A stretch of 64,000 bases of DNA from a virus. The stretch lies in the IMG/VR virus record IMGVR_UViG_3300046804_004738, positions 42,263 through 106,262 of that record, one strand, 5' to 3'. Positions 43,510-54,082 of the stretch are shown here, piece after piece (position 1 is the stretch's first letter; the number at the start of each line of letters is the position of its first letter). Under the pieces are notes generated by a model, which had not been told where the DNA came from, ran no database searches, and was given only the letters and a program-made list of their open reading frames with translations. A program made the translations under genes and the position numbers.

Positions 43510-44884
43510 AATACCTGAGTATATCAAGCTTATAGAAGAAAAAACAGGATCACCTACGTTTTGTGTTTTACCTTGGATACATTTAGCTACAAGACCAAAT
43601 GGCGACGCTAGATTATGTTGCGGTAGCAACGCAAGTCAAGCAACTAAAGGTATATTAGATGCTGGTTTAGTAAGAAAAGAAAACGGAGAAGTTGCTAATT
43701 TTGGAAAAGACACATTGCAGCAGGCATTCAATAATGTATACATGCGTGATGTGAGAAAAACCATGCTTGATAAAAAGATTCCTTCTAGTTGTACAAAATG
43801 TTTTGAAGAAGAACAAAATGGAATCTTAAGTAAAAGAATTTGGGAAATGTATGAATGGGATAAAGATGGATTAGATTTTAAGCAGCTTATCAATGACACG
43901 AAAGAGGACGGCGAAGTACCCAATACAATACGATATTTTGATATTAGATTAGGACATACTTGTAATTTAAAGTGTGTCATGTGTACACCACACGACAGTT
44001 CTAAATGGGTACAAGACCATAAAAAATTAATACCAATTACAAAAAGTAATATAGTTTTACAACAAATAACATGGGATCAAAAATCTTTTGACAACACATG
44101 GTATGAGAAGTCTGATTTTTGGGATGAGGTTTTTGAACAAATACCAAATATACAGCAGATGTATTTTGCCGGTGGTGAACCATTAATGATAAAAGAGCAC
44201 CATAGATTTTTGGAAGAAATTATTAAACGAGGTTATGAAAAGCAAATTACTCTTAGATATAATAGTAACGGAATATTTGTTGATGATTATATTATTGAAA
44301 TGTGGAGCAAATTTAAAAAAGTAAAGTTTGCATTTAGCATTGATGCAGTTGGTGATAGAAATAAGTACATAAGATATCCTGCAGATTGGGACATTATTGT
44401 TGAAAACTTAAACAAACTAGATAACACACCAGATAATATCCATATTGGAATAGCCTGTGCTGTACAAATTTTAAACATTAAACACTTAGTTGATTTTGCA
44501 AAATGGAAAATTCAACAAAATTTTAAAAAAATCAATAAGTATAAAGCAGAAAATTACCTAGTTGGAGGCGGAATATTAAACATGCATATGTTATACATCC
44601 CTACTTTCTTAAGTGCCAGGCTACTTACAAAAAAAGATAAAATTGATTTAAGAAATCAATTTATGGAATTCAAAAAATGGTTGTGGGATAATTACACCCA
44701 AGATGATGTATTCTGGCATTCTAGTCCATATGGTTGGCAGCGTTGGGAAGGAATTCTTAAATTTGTTGAATCAGAAGATCATAGTAATTTATTACCAGAT
44801 TTTAAAGAATATATTTCTAATTTAGACAAAATTAGAGGGGTTGATGCCACATCCGTATTTCCTGAATTAAAACATTTGCTCTGA
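43502..44884 (+). CDS. Radical SAM protein with N-terminal SPASM/twitch-like domain
   Basis: FCVLPW...LCC...CTKC, CNLKCVMC, AGGEPL. Confidence 0.9.
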   Translation: MNKIPEYIKLIEEKTGSPTFCVLPWIHLATRPNGDARLCCGSNASQATKGILDAGLVRKENGEVANFGKDTLQQAFNNVYMRDVRKTMLDKKIPSSCTKCFEEEQNGILSKRIWEMYEWDKDGLDFKQLINDTKEDGEVPNTIRYFDIRLGHTCNLKCVMCTPHDSSKWVQDHKKLIPITKSNIVLQQITWDQKSFDNTWYEKSDFWDEVFEQIPNIQQMYFAGGEPLMIKEHHRFLEEIIKRGYEKQITLRYNSNGIFVDDYIIEMWSKFKKVKFAFSIDAVGDRNKYIRYPADWDIIVENLNKLDNTPDNIHIGIACAVQILNIKHLVDFAKWKIQQNFKKINKYKAENYLVGGGILNMHMLYIPTFLSARLLTKKDKIDLRNQFMEFKKWLWDNYTQDDVFWHSSPYGWQRWEGILKFVESEDHSNLLPDFKEYISNLDKIRGVDATSVFPELKHLL

Positions 44885-45837
44885 TGAAAATTATAAAAAT
44901 TGAAAATTTCTCGACAGAATACTTAAGTGTAGAATTCGTGTTGGGCAACGTTTGTAACTATAAATGTCATTATTGCTTTCCAGGATGCAATGAAGGGACA
45001 CACAGATGGCCTGATCACGATGTCATATTAAAAAATATGCAATCTCTTTTTTCTTATTATAGAAATAAAGGAAAAACTTTTATTGACCTAAAAATTATTG
45101 GTGGCGAAACAACTCTTTGGCCTTACTTAGAAGAATTTGTCAATGATATAAAATTAAAATCTAACGTGTTCGTAAGAATCAGCACAAATGCAAGTAGAAC
45201 GATTAACTATTGGGAAGACAAATCGCACCTTTTTGATGAAATTACAATAAGTGTACACAATGAATTTGCAAATTTAGATCATATTATAAAAGTAGCAAAT
45301 CTTATTCATCAAAAACAGCAGAGTAATTTATATGTTTATGTTTTAATGGATCCCTTTAACTGGCAAAAATCTAAAGATTGTTTTACATATTTGCTAGAAA
45401 ATAGTCACGGATGGTTTTTATCTACGCAGCCTGTCTTGTTTGACAATAGCACTATATATTCTGACGAACAATTAGAATACTTAAAAACTATTAAAAAGAG
45501 ACAAAGTAAAGATGTCAAAAAAATAAAACCAAATCTTACTGTGATGTTTATGGAAGATGGAACTGTAGAGCCTTATGATTACAAAAAAATAGTTTTAAAC
45601 AACGCAAATAATTTTTATGGTTATAAATGTAATCTTGGTATTGATAGACTTTATATAAACATAGAAGGTGATATACAAGGAGCATGCGGAGAAAAGGTAT
45701 TTAATGGAATTCTAAATGTTAAAGATGAAGAATTTGAAGAAAAAATAAAATCATTAGGCGAGCTAGAACCTGTTATATGCACCAAAAATATCTGTGGTTG
45801 CGGGGCAGAAATAATTTTAAACAAAGAACTTAAATGA
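44884..45837 (+). CDS. Radical SAM protein
   Basis: CNYKCHYC, GGET, C-terminal CxxxxCxC. Confidence 0.9.
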   Translation: MKIIKIENFSTEYLSVEFVLGNVCNYKCHYCFPGCNEGTHRWPDHDVILKNMQSLFSYYRNKGKTFIDLKIIGGETTLWPYLEEFVNDIKLKSNVFVRISTNASRTINYWEDKSHLFDEITISVHNEFANLDHIIKVANLIHQKQQSNLYVYVLMDPFNWQKSKDCFTYLLENSHGWFLSTQPVLFDNSTIYSDEQLEYLKTIKKRQSKDVKKIKPNLTVMFMEDGTVEPYDYKKIVLNNANNFYGYKCNLGIDRLYINIEGDIQGACGEKVFNGILNVKDEEFEEKIKSLGELEPVICTKNICGCGAEIILNKELK

Positions 45838-46430
45838 AAATTGACACAGAACATTTACATCATTGGATGCAAGCTATACGTATGAGTTCGAATCCAATGC
45901 GAACAATGGATGCTTTTTGGAGAGGTCAAGTTAAAAGTAAAGAATGGTTGTTAAATCAATTAATTTCTCATATTTATGCTCCTGCTTCTATTGAAATACA
46001 TGGTGGGTGGGTAGGAGTTTTGGCAAGTATGTTTTTTCAAGATGAAAGATACAGTATAGAAAAAATAATCAGTGTGGACATTGATTCAACCTGTAAATCT
46101 ATTGCGGAAGAAATGAACCGAATAGAACACTCTGCGGGAATTTTTCAATCTATAACAGAGGATATGTGTAATAGATATCCTATTACAAATACTATTATTA
46201 ACACAAGTTGCGAACATATAGATCAAGAACAATATGATATTTGGCTTAGCCACATGTTTGATAATCAGTTATTGATTTTACAATCTAATAATTATAATAT
46301 ACCTGAACATATTAGAATCAGCAATAGTATTGATGAATTTGTAAAACAATCAAATCTTTCAACCGTACTGTATTCAGGTAAATTAGAATTGCCTCTTTAT
46401 GATAGATACATGGTTATAGGGTACAAATAA
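45834..46430 (+). CDS. SAM-dependent methyltransferase-like protein
   Basis: HGGWVG motif I-like, VDID, INTSCEH. Confidence 0.65.
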   Translation: MKIDTEHLHHWMQAIRMSSNPMRTMDAFWRGQVKSKEWLLNQLISHIYAPASIEIHGGWVGVLASMFFQDERYSIEKIISVDIDSTCKSIAEEMNRIEHSAGIFQSITEDMCNRYPITNTIINTSCEHIDQEQYDIWLSHMFDNQLLILQSNNYNIPEHIRISNSIDEFVKQSNLSTVLYSGKLELPLYDRYMVIGYK

Positions 46431-47530
46431 TGTTTAAATTTTCCGAATTAAAATCCATACACTTAGAAATAAGCACACGTTGCCAAGCAAGTTGTCCGAT
46501 GTGCCCTAGAAAATATCATGGAGGTGTTGAAAACAAAAATCTTAAAATAGCAGATTGGACATTTGAAGAATTTAAAAATATATTTACAGATGATCTCATT
46601 AAACAATTGGATATGATTTACTTTTGCGGCAATTTTGGTGATCCAATCATGAATGATGATTTAATTCCAATGTGTCAATATATAAAAGATAAAAAACCTA
46701 ATATGCAAGTTAGAATACATACTAATGGGGGCGCACGTTCCACTAAGTGGTGGGTCGATCTATATAATAGCTTAAATGAAAAACATTTAATTTATTATGG
46801 TATTGATGGACTTGAGGATACAAATCATATATATAGGATTGGGGTAAATTTTGAGTTGACCATTCGTAATGCGCAAGCGTTTATTGATGCAGGAGGCAAA
46901 GCTGAATGGGTTTTTATAAAATTTAAGCACAATGAACATCAAGCAGAAGTAGCTGAACAGCGTAGCAAAGAATTAGGTTTTGTAAGTTTTACTGTAAAAA
47001 ACACCACTAGATTTATAGGAGAAAAAAGATATAGTGTTGTTGATTCTAATGGAAATATTTTATACTACTTAGAACCACCAAACGACAATCAAGTTATATT
47101 AATATCACCAAACCAAATAAAAAGATCAGGCGAAATTGTGAAAAGTTCTAAAATAAGTTGTTATGCGCAGAATTTAAAAGAAATTTATATTGATGCTCAC
47201 AAAAATGTTTTTCCTTGTTGTTTTTTAGCGAGCGCACCTTATCATTATCAGAAAACAGAGGAACCCACTGATGAATTTAAAAAAATGATTTACAACTTTC
47301 ATCAAACAGTATTATCTCAATATCATAATTTAATTGATTCATTAGGAGGTATAGATAATATAAATGCCCTAAATAAATCAGTTAGGGATATAATTGATAG
47401 TAATGAATGGCAATCAATTTGGGATCATTATTGGAACGTAGAAAAATTATACACGTGCGCTAGAGTATGTGGTAAGACACGATTATCCAAACCAAAAGAT
47501 CAATTTGTTAAAAGAGTTCAAAATGACTAA
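46430..47530 (+). CDS. Radical SAM/SPASM-like protein
   Basis: CQASCPMC, GNFGDP, PCC...CARVC. Confidence 0.9.
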   Translation: MFKFSELKSIHLEISTRCQASCPMCPRKYHGGVENKNLKIADWTFEEFKNIFTDDLIKQLDMIYFCGNFGDPIMNDDLIPMCQYIKDKKPNMQVRIHTNGGARSTKWWVDLYNSLNEKHLIYYGIDGLEDTNHIYRIGVNFELTIRNAQAFIDAGGKAEWVFIKFKHNEHQAEVAEQRSKELGFVSFTVKNTTRFIGEKRYSVVDSNGNILYYLEPPNDNQVILISPNQIKRSGEIVKSSKISCYAQNLKEIYIDAHKNVFPCCFLASAPYHYQKTEEPTDEFKKMIYNFHQTVLSQYHNLIDSLGGIDNINALNKSVRDIIDSNEWQSIWDHYWNVEKLYTCARVCGKTRLSKPKDQFVKRVQND

Positions 47531-48599
47531 TTTTGATACTATTAAAAACAATGATTCACAATCATTCGTAATTACATGGGATTTAGGCAGACGTTGTAAT
47601 TTTGATTGTAGTTATTGTCCTGCACACAGACACGATAATTTTAGTGAACATGCCAGTTTTACAGAGTTAAGACACTCATGTGATTTTTTGTATGAGTATA
47701 TTACATTAATCTCACAGGTTAGGACCAATAAGTATTTTTATATAAGTTTTACTGGTGGTGAACCAACAGTAAATCCAAATTTCATAATGTTCGCTGAATA
47801 TTTAAAAAATGAATGGAAAAGCAAATTTTCTACTGATATAAAAATTAAACTAGATTTAACCTCAAATGGTGCTATGAGCGAAAAAACTGCCAATAGTATT
47901 ATCGAGAACTTTGACCACGTGACAATTAGTTATCATGCCGAGTCAAATGAAATCATAAAAAATAATGTATTAGATAGAATTTTTCAATTTCATAGTAGTC
48001 TCATTAATATGAAAATTAATGTAATGATGCATGCCAAACATTTTGATGAGTGTGTAAACATATGTAATATTTTAAAAGAAAAAAATATCAAATTTATACC
48101 TAGACCCATTGGAGAAGATCCTGATAGTATGCTCACCACGGCGCACAAATATTCTGAACAGCAAAAACAATGGTACAGTAATTTTTTTGAAACTCCAATT
48201 ACTCCTACATTAAGACCTTGTTGTGGTGGACGCAGTTTTACATTATGCAATAATGAAAAAACAGTAGAAACAAAAGTAATTGGATTTAGAAATTTTAAAA
48301 ATTGGTATTGTAGTGTCAATTGGCATTTTCTACATATTGAGCAACAAACAAATTTGATCTATCATCATCAAACATGTCAGGCTACTTTTGATAAAAAAAG
48401 AGGTAGTATTGGAACTCTAGCAAATTATGTAGACATTATAGAAAATTTAAAAAATACTATTAAAAATAAACAAATGCCTACAATAGTCTGTCCAAACAAT
48501 CTATGCGGATGCGGGTTGTGTGTACCAAAAAGTAAAGACAAACAAGAATATTTAAACACAATAAGTCAATTAATTAATTCTTCAATATTACAATCATGA
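47523..48599 (+). CDS. Radical SAM protein
   Basis: CNFDCSYC, TGGEPT, CPNNLCGCGLC. Confidence 0.9.
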   Translation: MTNFDTIKNNDSQSFVITWDLGRRCNFDCSYCPAHRHDNFSEHASFTELRHSCDFLYEYITLISQVRTNKYFYISFTGGEPTVNPNFIMFAEYLKNEWKSKFSTDIKIKLDLTSNGAMSEKTANSIIENFDHVTISYHAESNEIIKNNVLDRIFQFHSSLINMKINVMMHAKHFDECVNICNILKEKNIKFIPRPIGEDPDSMLTTAHKYSEQQKQWYSNFFETPITPTLRPCCGGRSFTLCNNEKTVETKVIGFRNFKNWYCSVNWHFLHIEQQTNLIYHHQTCQATFDKKRGSIGTLANYVDIIENLKNTIKNKQMPTIVCPNNLCGCGLCVPKSKDKQEYLNTISQLINSSILQS

Positions 48600-49312
48600 A
48601 AATTAATGCCGAACAAATTATTAATGAAACACACGATGTTTTCACAAAAGCTGGATTCAAAGAAATACTTGAAAATAGTGTAACTATTTCTGAAAAAGAT
48701 TATTATGATTTGCACACTGATTTTTTAGTTCCAACATCAATTACAATTGATATTGACCTGTTCAAAATACAAATACAAAAATTTAAATTTCATCAGTGGG
48801 GTAAAAATCACACACATTTACCTAGATATGGATTAGCGTTAGTAAATCAAACCGGTGAGTTAATTGAAGATGATCCAATAAATGGTAGTCTAATGACATT
48901 TAATAAAAACAATCCTAATAATCCTGTTATTGAAACTGATTGTGTAAAGCCTACGCAAGTAATGAATATATCATCTCTTGAACCACTAAGAATATTTGAC
49001 GATCATTGGACAAGAAGTAATGTGCTTAAATGGGATAATGGTGCTATGTTTTTACCTCACATTGATACTGTCGTACCAAGTATGTGGCTACGGTTATGGA
49101 TGAGTACTGAGGGTCTAGTAGTTAGATACTATGATGAGATTTCACAAGAATTAAAAGAAATTGAATATCAACCCGGCAGAGTTTATCTTATAGATACCTC
49201 AAGAATTCACGATGCATATACAACAAATAATGATGTCTATCAATTGTTTTTGAGTGTTTTTACGACCGCATCTCATTTAATTTCTTCTGTAATTCTTCCC
49301 AAGCAAGTTTAA
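48596..49312 (+). CDS. 2OG-Fe(II) oxygenase-like (cupin) protein
   Basis: PHID...IDTSRIH facial-triad pattern. Confidence 0.6.
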   Translation: MKINAEQIINETHDVFTKAGFKEILENSVTISEKDYYDLHTDFLVPTSITIDIDLFKIQIQKFKFHQWGKNHTHLPRYGLALVNQTGELIEDDPINGSLMTFNKNNPNNPVIETDCVKPTQVMNISSLEPLRIFDDHWTRSNVLKWDNGAMFLPHIDTVVPSMWLRLWMSTEGLVVRYYDEISQELKEIEYQPGRVYLIDTSRIHDAYTTNNDVYQLFLSVFTTASHLISSVILPKQV

Positions 49313-50111
49313 CTTTATCTTCTCTATACACAGTTTTATCTTCAATTCCCAATTTAGCGAAGGCATCATAACGTTGCTGACAATTAAAACAAGTTCCACA
49401 ATGTATATGATCTTCTCTTATAGAATTAGTCACACATGAATGAGTTTTATGTGCTAAATCTAAATATCCTAATTGAGTATATAAATCAATAACCTCACTC
49501 TTATTAAGAGTATCAAAAGGTCGTAACGTTACTTTTTGATTAAAACCCGATCTCAACATTGGATAAACCACACCCGGTATTTCTAAATCTTTTATGTATT
49601 CTGTAAATGTACCTGTTGGTAAATGAAATTCTTCAATAACATCTCTATACTTTTCATAATTGCTGTAGCACTTTGCTACTATACTCTCATGCGTTGAATT
49701 TTTATCCTCTTTAAATTCTGCTACATTGAAAAACAATTTAGTAAAACCCCACATTGTAAATTCAATGTTGTGTAAATTTTTCATATACTCAAATACTTGA
49801 TAACTCCATGCCTGAATATCTTTTTTATGTAGTTCAATATCGACAGGAATATAATGCACTGGCTGGCCCAAAATTTCGCTTGCATTATCAACATTTATTT
49901 TCACATTTTTATTTGCTTCTGGATTGCTGACAGTAAACATATCATCAGAATATAATAACACAACATTTTCTGATCCGTATTTGTTTAGTGCGATTTTTGC
50001 AATTAATGTAGATTCAAGACCCCCACTTATTGCTACGCCCGCTTTACCCCATGTTAAATTTGGAAAATGCTCATCAATATTATATTCAGTGTTCGTTGGC
50101 TTAAGTATCAT
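49260..50111 (-). CDS. QueC-like PP-loop ATPase
   Basis: ISGGLES, THSC...HCGTCFNCQQR. Confidence 0.75.
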   Translation of the reverse strand: MILKPTNTEYNIDEHFPNLTWGKAGVAISGGLESTLIAKIALNKYGSENVVLLYSDDMFTVSNPEANKNVKINVDNASEILGQPVHYIPVDIELHKKDIQAWSYQVFEYMKNLHNIEFTMWGFTKLFFNVAEFKEDKNSTHESIVAKCYSNYEKYRDVIEEFHLPTGTFTEYIKDLEIPGVVYPMLRSGFNQKVTLRPFDTLNKSEVIDLYTQLGYLDLAHKTHSCVTNSIREDHIHCGTCFNCQQRYDAFAKLGIEDKTVYREDKVKLAWEELQKKLNEMRS

Positions 50112-50836
50112 TTTTTAAAAACCTTTTCTAATATGTAGCCTAGCACATCATATTTATGGAATCGCACATTGCCGGGATATCTATGATGATTTTCATGATA
50201 TGCTTCTCCCCCTATAAAAAAATTTACTAGAAATTTATTAGAAGGAATATCACGACTCCAATCATGAGTCCATGTATTAATAAAGCCCTCAAAGTGAAAC
50301 ACTATGGCAATAGGTGCCCAAAAAATTGCCAACGCTAAATTAAAAGGCAATATAAACAATGAACCAATAATTATAGGCAAGTAAATCCAATAATAATAAC
50401 GATGAAATAATACATGATAAGTTCGTAATAAACTTCCTGCAAATCTAGGGTCTATTTTGCTAAAGCTATATCCAAATAATTGAACGTACCATGTACCCAT
50501 TAATTTTGGGCTATGAGGATCTTTATCTGTTCCTTGATATTTGTGATGTTGTCGATGAGTTGCAGTCCAACTTAATGCACTGCCTTGCATACTAAATCCT
50601 GCAATAAAGCACCCTACTATTTCTAACCATTTTGGAACCTTAACCGCTTGATGTGAAACTATCCTATGATAAAATGTGCTTATTCCTAAAACAGCAACAA
50701 TATAGTGTACACCTAAAGCAATTATTAACATTTGCCATTGTAACGTTGCAATTAAATAAAATAATGCAACATGTCCTAAGACTATCCAAAAGTATCCATA
50801 CAATCTACTTAAATTTACTTCTTCAAATTTTTTCAT
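50108..50836 (-). CDS. Membrane fatty-acid desaturase (delta-9-like)
   Basis: His boxes HRIVSH, HRQHH, HENHH. Confidence 0.9.
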   Translation of the reverse strand: MKKFEEVNLSRLYGYFWIVLGHVALFYLIATLQWQMLIIALGVHYIVAVLGISTFYHRIVSHQAVKVPKWLEIVGCFIAGFSMQGSALSWTATHRQHHKYQGTDKDPHSPKLMGTWYVQLFGYSFSKIDPRFAGSLLRTYHVLFHRYYYWIYLPIIIGSLFILPFNLALAIFWAPIAIVFHFEGFINTWTHDWSRDIPSNKFLVNFFIGGEAYHENHHRYPGNVRFHKYDVLGYILEKVFKK

Positions 50837-51557
50837 TTGTCCAACCTAATTTAGTTATTAAATATCCTGCAGGATCGTATTTCGTGTAATTTAATTTTGG
50901 ACATGAATGGTGATTTGCATGGTATATACCATCTGAGAATATTAAAGGCCAATAAAATTTAGAAATATTTCTTGCTTGTCCGTTTTTGTGACTGACTACA
51001 TTAACAAAATAATTTGTATTAAAAATCATAAATCCTACAGGGATAGCCCACAATGTCATAAACCAAACGAATGGTAATAACAAAAATAATGTTAAATTCC
51101 CTAATGCAATAAAATAAATTTCGTACTTACTTAAAAATAAAAAATAATTATCTCTTAGTCTATCTAAACCTCTTTTTAATTGTGCCTCATGAAAACGAGC
51201 CAAAAACACAATGTAAAACCATGATTTGTATTTTGGGCTATGTGGGTCCCTTTCCGTATCCGCATAATGATGGTGTGTTCTATGCCATGCAGCCCATGAT
51301 ATTGGGGTACCAATCAGTGCTAATACGCTAATAGTTGCCAATACATTCTGTACCAATTTAGGTGGATTCCATAGATTGTGACTAGCCCAACGATGACAAA
51401 ACAAACTTTGCACTACATCAATCATAAACCAGTAGCATATATAACCTATTATTAATTGATACCAAATTGCATTAAAGATCCAAACTGGAAACAACAATAT
51501 GTATGTTATAAGTAAAAACGTCGATATGTACTTAGGCGTCATAATTTGAGAAATCAT
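50823..51557 (-). CDS. Membrane fatty-acid desaturase (delta-9-like)
   Basis: His boxes HRWASH, HRTHH, HANHH. Confidence 0.9.
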   Translation of the reverse strand: MISQIMTPKYISTFLLITYILLFPVWIFNAIWYQLIIGYICYWFMIDVVQSLFCHRWASHNLWNPPKLVQNVLATISVLALIGTPISWAAWHRTHHHYADTERDPHSPKYKSWFYIVFLARFHEAQLKRGLDRLRDNYFLFLSKYEIYFIALGNLTLFLLLPFVWFMTLWAIPVGFMIFNTNYFVNVVSHKNGQARNISKFYWPLIFSDGIYHANHHSCPKLNYTKYDPAGYLITKLGWTNEKI

Positions 51558-52312
51558 TTTTTAATTAACCAAATAATAACTGCAGGTAAGTCCCATTCAT
51601 ACCATTTTTCCCAATTACTCCAGTTGTATGGTTTAGCATGATGATTATTGTGCCAACCTTCACCTAAAGCTAAAATATTTGCAATCCAACTATTTCTGCT
51701 TTCATCATGTTTTAGATCATACGTTTTATATCCATGCCTATGAGCAATTACAATTATAGAGCTGGTAGAATGCAAAACTATACATGCAGGAATACTATAT
51801 ACGAATATAACCAGCCATGGATTTATAAAAAATAGAATAGCACAGTACAACAAGATAATTTGAAGATAATAATTGTGTAAAAACTTTTGAAATTTATCTT
51901 TTCGTAAATCTCTAACAAGCTTCAAATCTAATTTTACTAAATTCCATAATCCAAACCATGCTCTAAAGTTTCCTAACAAATGAGGACTGTGTGGATCACC
52001 TAATTTTTCACAGCTACGATGGTGTTGTCTATGAACGGCGACCCAAGCTAGAGGACTTCCTATTGTAGTGATTACACCTATTATACTTAATGTTTTTTCC
52101 CAAAATTTTGATGTTCGGAAACTTTTATGAGATAGATATCTGTGATATCCAACTCCTATGCCCATAGGACCAATTATAAGCCAAGTTATTAGGGAAATTA
52201 ATAAGTAAATGTATTGTCCTGTTATCAATACGTAGGAAAACCCAACCATTAACAATAAATGATTTATTAGTTGCATCCCTCTTACTAATTGATTGTGTGT
52301 TATTTTATACAT
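51554..52312 (-). CDS. Membrane fatty-acid desaturase (delta-9-like)
   Basis: His boxes HRYLSH, HRQHH, GEGWHNNHH. Confidence 0.92.
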   Translation of the reverse strand: MYKITHNQLVRGMQLINHLLLMVGFSYVLITGQYIYLLISLITWLIIGPMGIGVGYHRYLSHKSFRTSKFWEKTLSIIGVITTIGSPLAWVAVHRQHHRSCEKLGDPHSPHLLGNFRAWFGLWNLVKLDLKLVRDLRKDKFQKFLHNYYLQIILLYCAILFFINPWLVIFVYSIPACIVLHSTSSIIVIAHRHGYKTYDLKHDESRNSWIANILALGEGWHNNHHAKPYNWSNWEKWYEWDLPAVIIWLIKK

Positions 52313-52933
52313 TTACATTCCAGGATCTAACATTTTCCATTCTTCATGATTTATTAACTTTGGATTCCATTGTTTAAAACTATTAGGAACTACCTCATAG
52401 TACAAATAATTTTGCCAACATTTTTGCACTTCAAACGGACAAGTTTGAATATAATTCTCTCCTATTTTCCATTCGGGTGCAACTGATGAAATTGCTTCAC
52501 TAAATATTTTCCAGTAACCTTTTGTCTGTTTTTTTTCTCTATTTTGCATTGCTATAATATAGCAGTCAAAATTGTTAATTTCAATTAACGGTTTTACTAA
52601 ATGTTCATTGTATAATGTTGGAACCAAAATATACCCTTTACGAGAATTTTGTCTAAATTTGGGAAACAAATATTCTCTATGTAAATGTCTAGCAACATTT
52701 TTAGGGTACCTGCCGTCATTAAAAATGCCCCCCATTCCAACAGGCTCATGGGTTTCCTTTGTAAAAACTACTGCAAAGCCTTTATGATTTTCTATCTTTA
52801 AATTTTCACGGGTGTATAAATGTTTCAACCAATTATCTTCTAATAAACATATTTCACGAATTTCTTCAAATTCTTTACAAGGTTCTGTATAAATTCTATG
52901 ATAAAAGTCAGCTACATTAGACGTTGATAACAT
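52313..52933 (-). CDS. Hypothetical protein, possibly GNAT-like
   Basis: PVGMGGI...ARHLHREYLFPKFR. Confidence 0.55.
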   Translation of the reverse strand: MLSTSNVADFYHRIYTEPCKEFEEIREICLLEDNWLKHLYTRENLKIENHKGFAVVFTKETHEPVGMGGIFNDGRYPKNVARHLHREYLFPKFRQNSRKGYILVPTLYNEHLVKPLIEINNFDCYIIAMQNREKKQTKGYWKIFSEAISSVAPEWKIGENYIQTCPFEVQKCWQNYLYYEVVPNSFKQWNPKLINHEEWKMLDPGM

Positions 52934-52991
52934 ATTTATATTTATTATGTCTTATTTTTACCAAATAAATATAAGATACACTTAAATAACC

Positions 52992-53510
52992 ATGCTCAAA
53001 GAAAAATTTATAGATAATCTAATTAACAATTGGCAAATTATATTAGATGAATACAATCAAGTTAAAAAAACAATTCCATTGTATGATTTTGATGAAAAAC
53101 CTAAATATACCCCTGATTGGCGGGCTATCACACTTTGGTGGAATTATAAATCATTACCTCCTTTTCAAAAACAACTGCCTAAAACTACTGAATTAGTAAG
53201 AAATGGACCCAGTCATCGTGCTACAGGATGGTTAATTTTAAATCCACATTCAAGAACTCCTGAACACAATCATTATGATTGGGGACATAAAATTATTGTT
53301 CATATTCCAACATATATACCTGAAGGTGATGTAGGTTTTCATGTAGGGGGCAAATTATATCGTTGGAAAATGGGAGAAGTCTTTGCGTTTGATTGTTACA
53401 AAAATCACTATGGGTATAACAATACAAATGAAGCTAGATCAATAATGGTAATGGACTTTGAGTACGACGAATGGATTGATGTACTGAGACCTTATATGCG
53501 CACAGAATAA
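52992..53510 (+). CDS. Aspartyl/asparaginyl beta-hydroxylase-like 2OG-Fe oxygenase
   Basis: LNP..TPEH, HIP, WKMGEVFAFD..H..YN...R...DF. Confidence 0.8.
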   Translation: MLKEKFIDNLINNWQIILDEYNQVKKTIPLYDFDEKPKYTPDWRAITLWWNYKSLPPFQKQLPKTTELVRNGPSHRATGWLILNPHSRTPEHNHYDWGHKIIVHIPTYIPEGDVGFHVGGKLYRWKMGEVFAFDCYKNHYGYNNTNEARSIMVMDFEYDEWIDVLRPYMRTE

Positions 53511-54082
53511 TGAAGTTTATAGAAAAAATCAATTTTACTGCTAATCACGATCAAATGGTTAAAGATTTAAATTTATTTTTAACTAGAAATCCTTGGCCAG
53601 ATAGTACATTTATGCTAAATGATAAAAAGTATCATGCGAATCAATTAGGTCTTACCTATAGAGTGAATGCAGATTATCCTTTGGGTGATGCTGGTGGTAG
53701 TCTTTACGATCCTACAACAAATTCATTTATTAGCAGTGAAACAGATTTTACTGAATGGACGGATGTTGAACATTATACTAAAAGTATAATAGAACAATTT
53801 AGTAGTTTTGTAGGTTCAAAATTTGGTAGAATTCGTTATATGCGATTAATGCCTAAAACAGGATTAACTGTACATGCTGATTTTGAATTTAGATATCATT
53901 ATGTAATGCAAACAAATAAACATGCATACTTTGGTGAATCAGTAAATGAAAGCGAATTATCAGCTAAATGTTATCACATACCAGCAGACGGATTTTTTTA
54001 TAGGATAGACACAACAAGAGAGCATTTTGTATACAATGGTGGTTGGGAACCACGTATACATTTAGTTATTTGTTCGGCTTAG
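53510..54082 (+). CDS. 2OG-Fe oxygenase-like protein
   Basis: RYMRLMP..LTVHAD...DTTREHFVYNGG..RIHLV. Confidence 0.7.
   Translation: MKFIEKINFTANHDQMVKDLNLFLTRNPWPDSTFMLNDKKYHANQLGLTYRVNADYPLGDAGGSLYDPTTNSFISSETDFTEWTDVEHYTKSIIEQFSSFVGSKFGRIRYMRLMPKTGLTVHADFEFRYHYVMQTNKHAYFGESVNESELSAKCYHIPADGFFYRIDTTREHFVYNGGWEPRIHLVICSA

Noticed and set aside
32762-50111. 7-deazaguanine DNA modification pathway suggested by two QueC-like genes
   Set aside because: No folE, queD or dpdA is recognisable in the window, and the proteins share only the PP-loop and Zn motifs.
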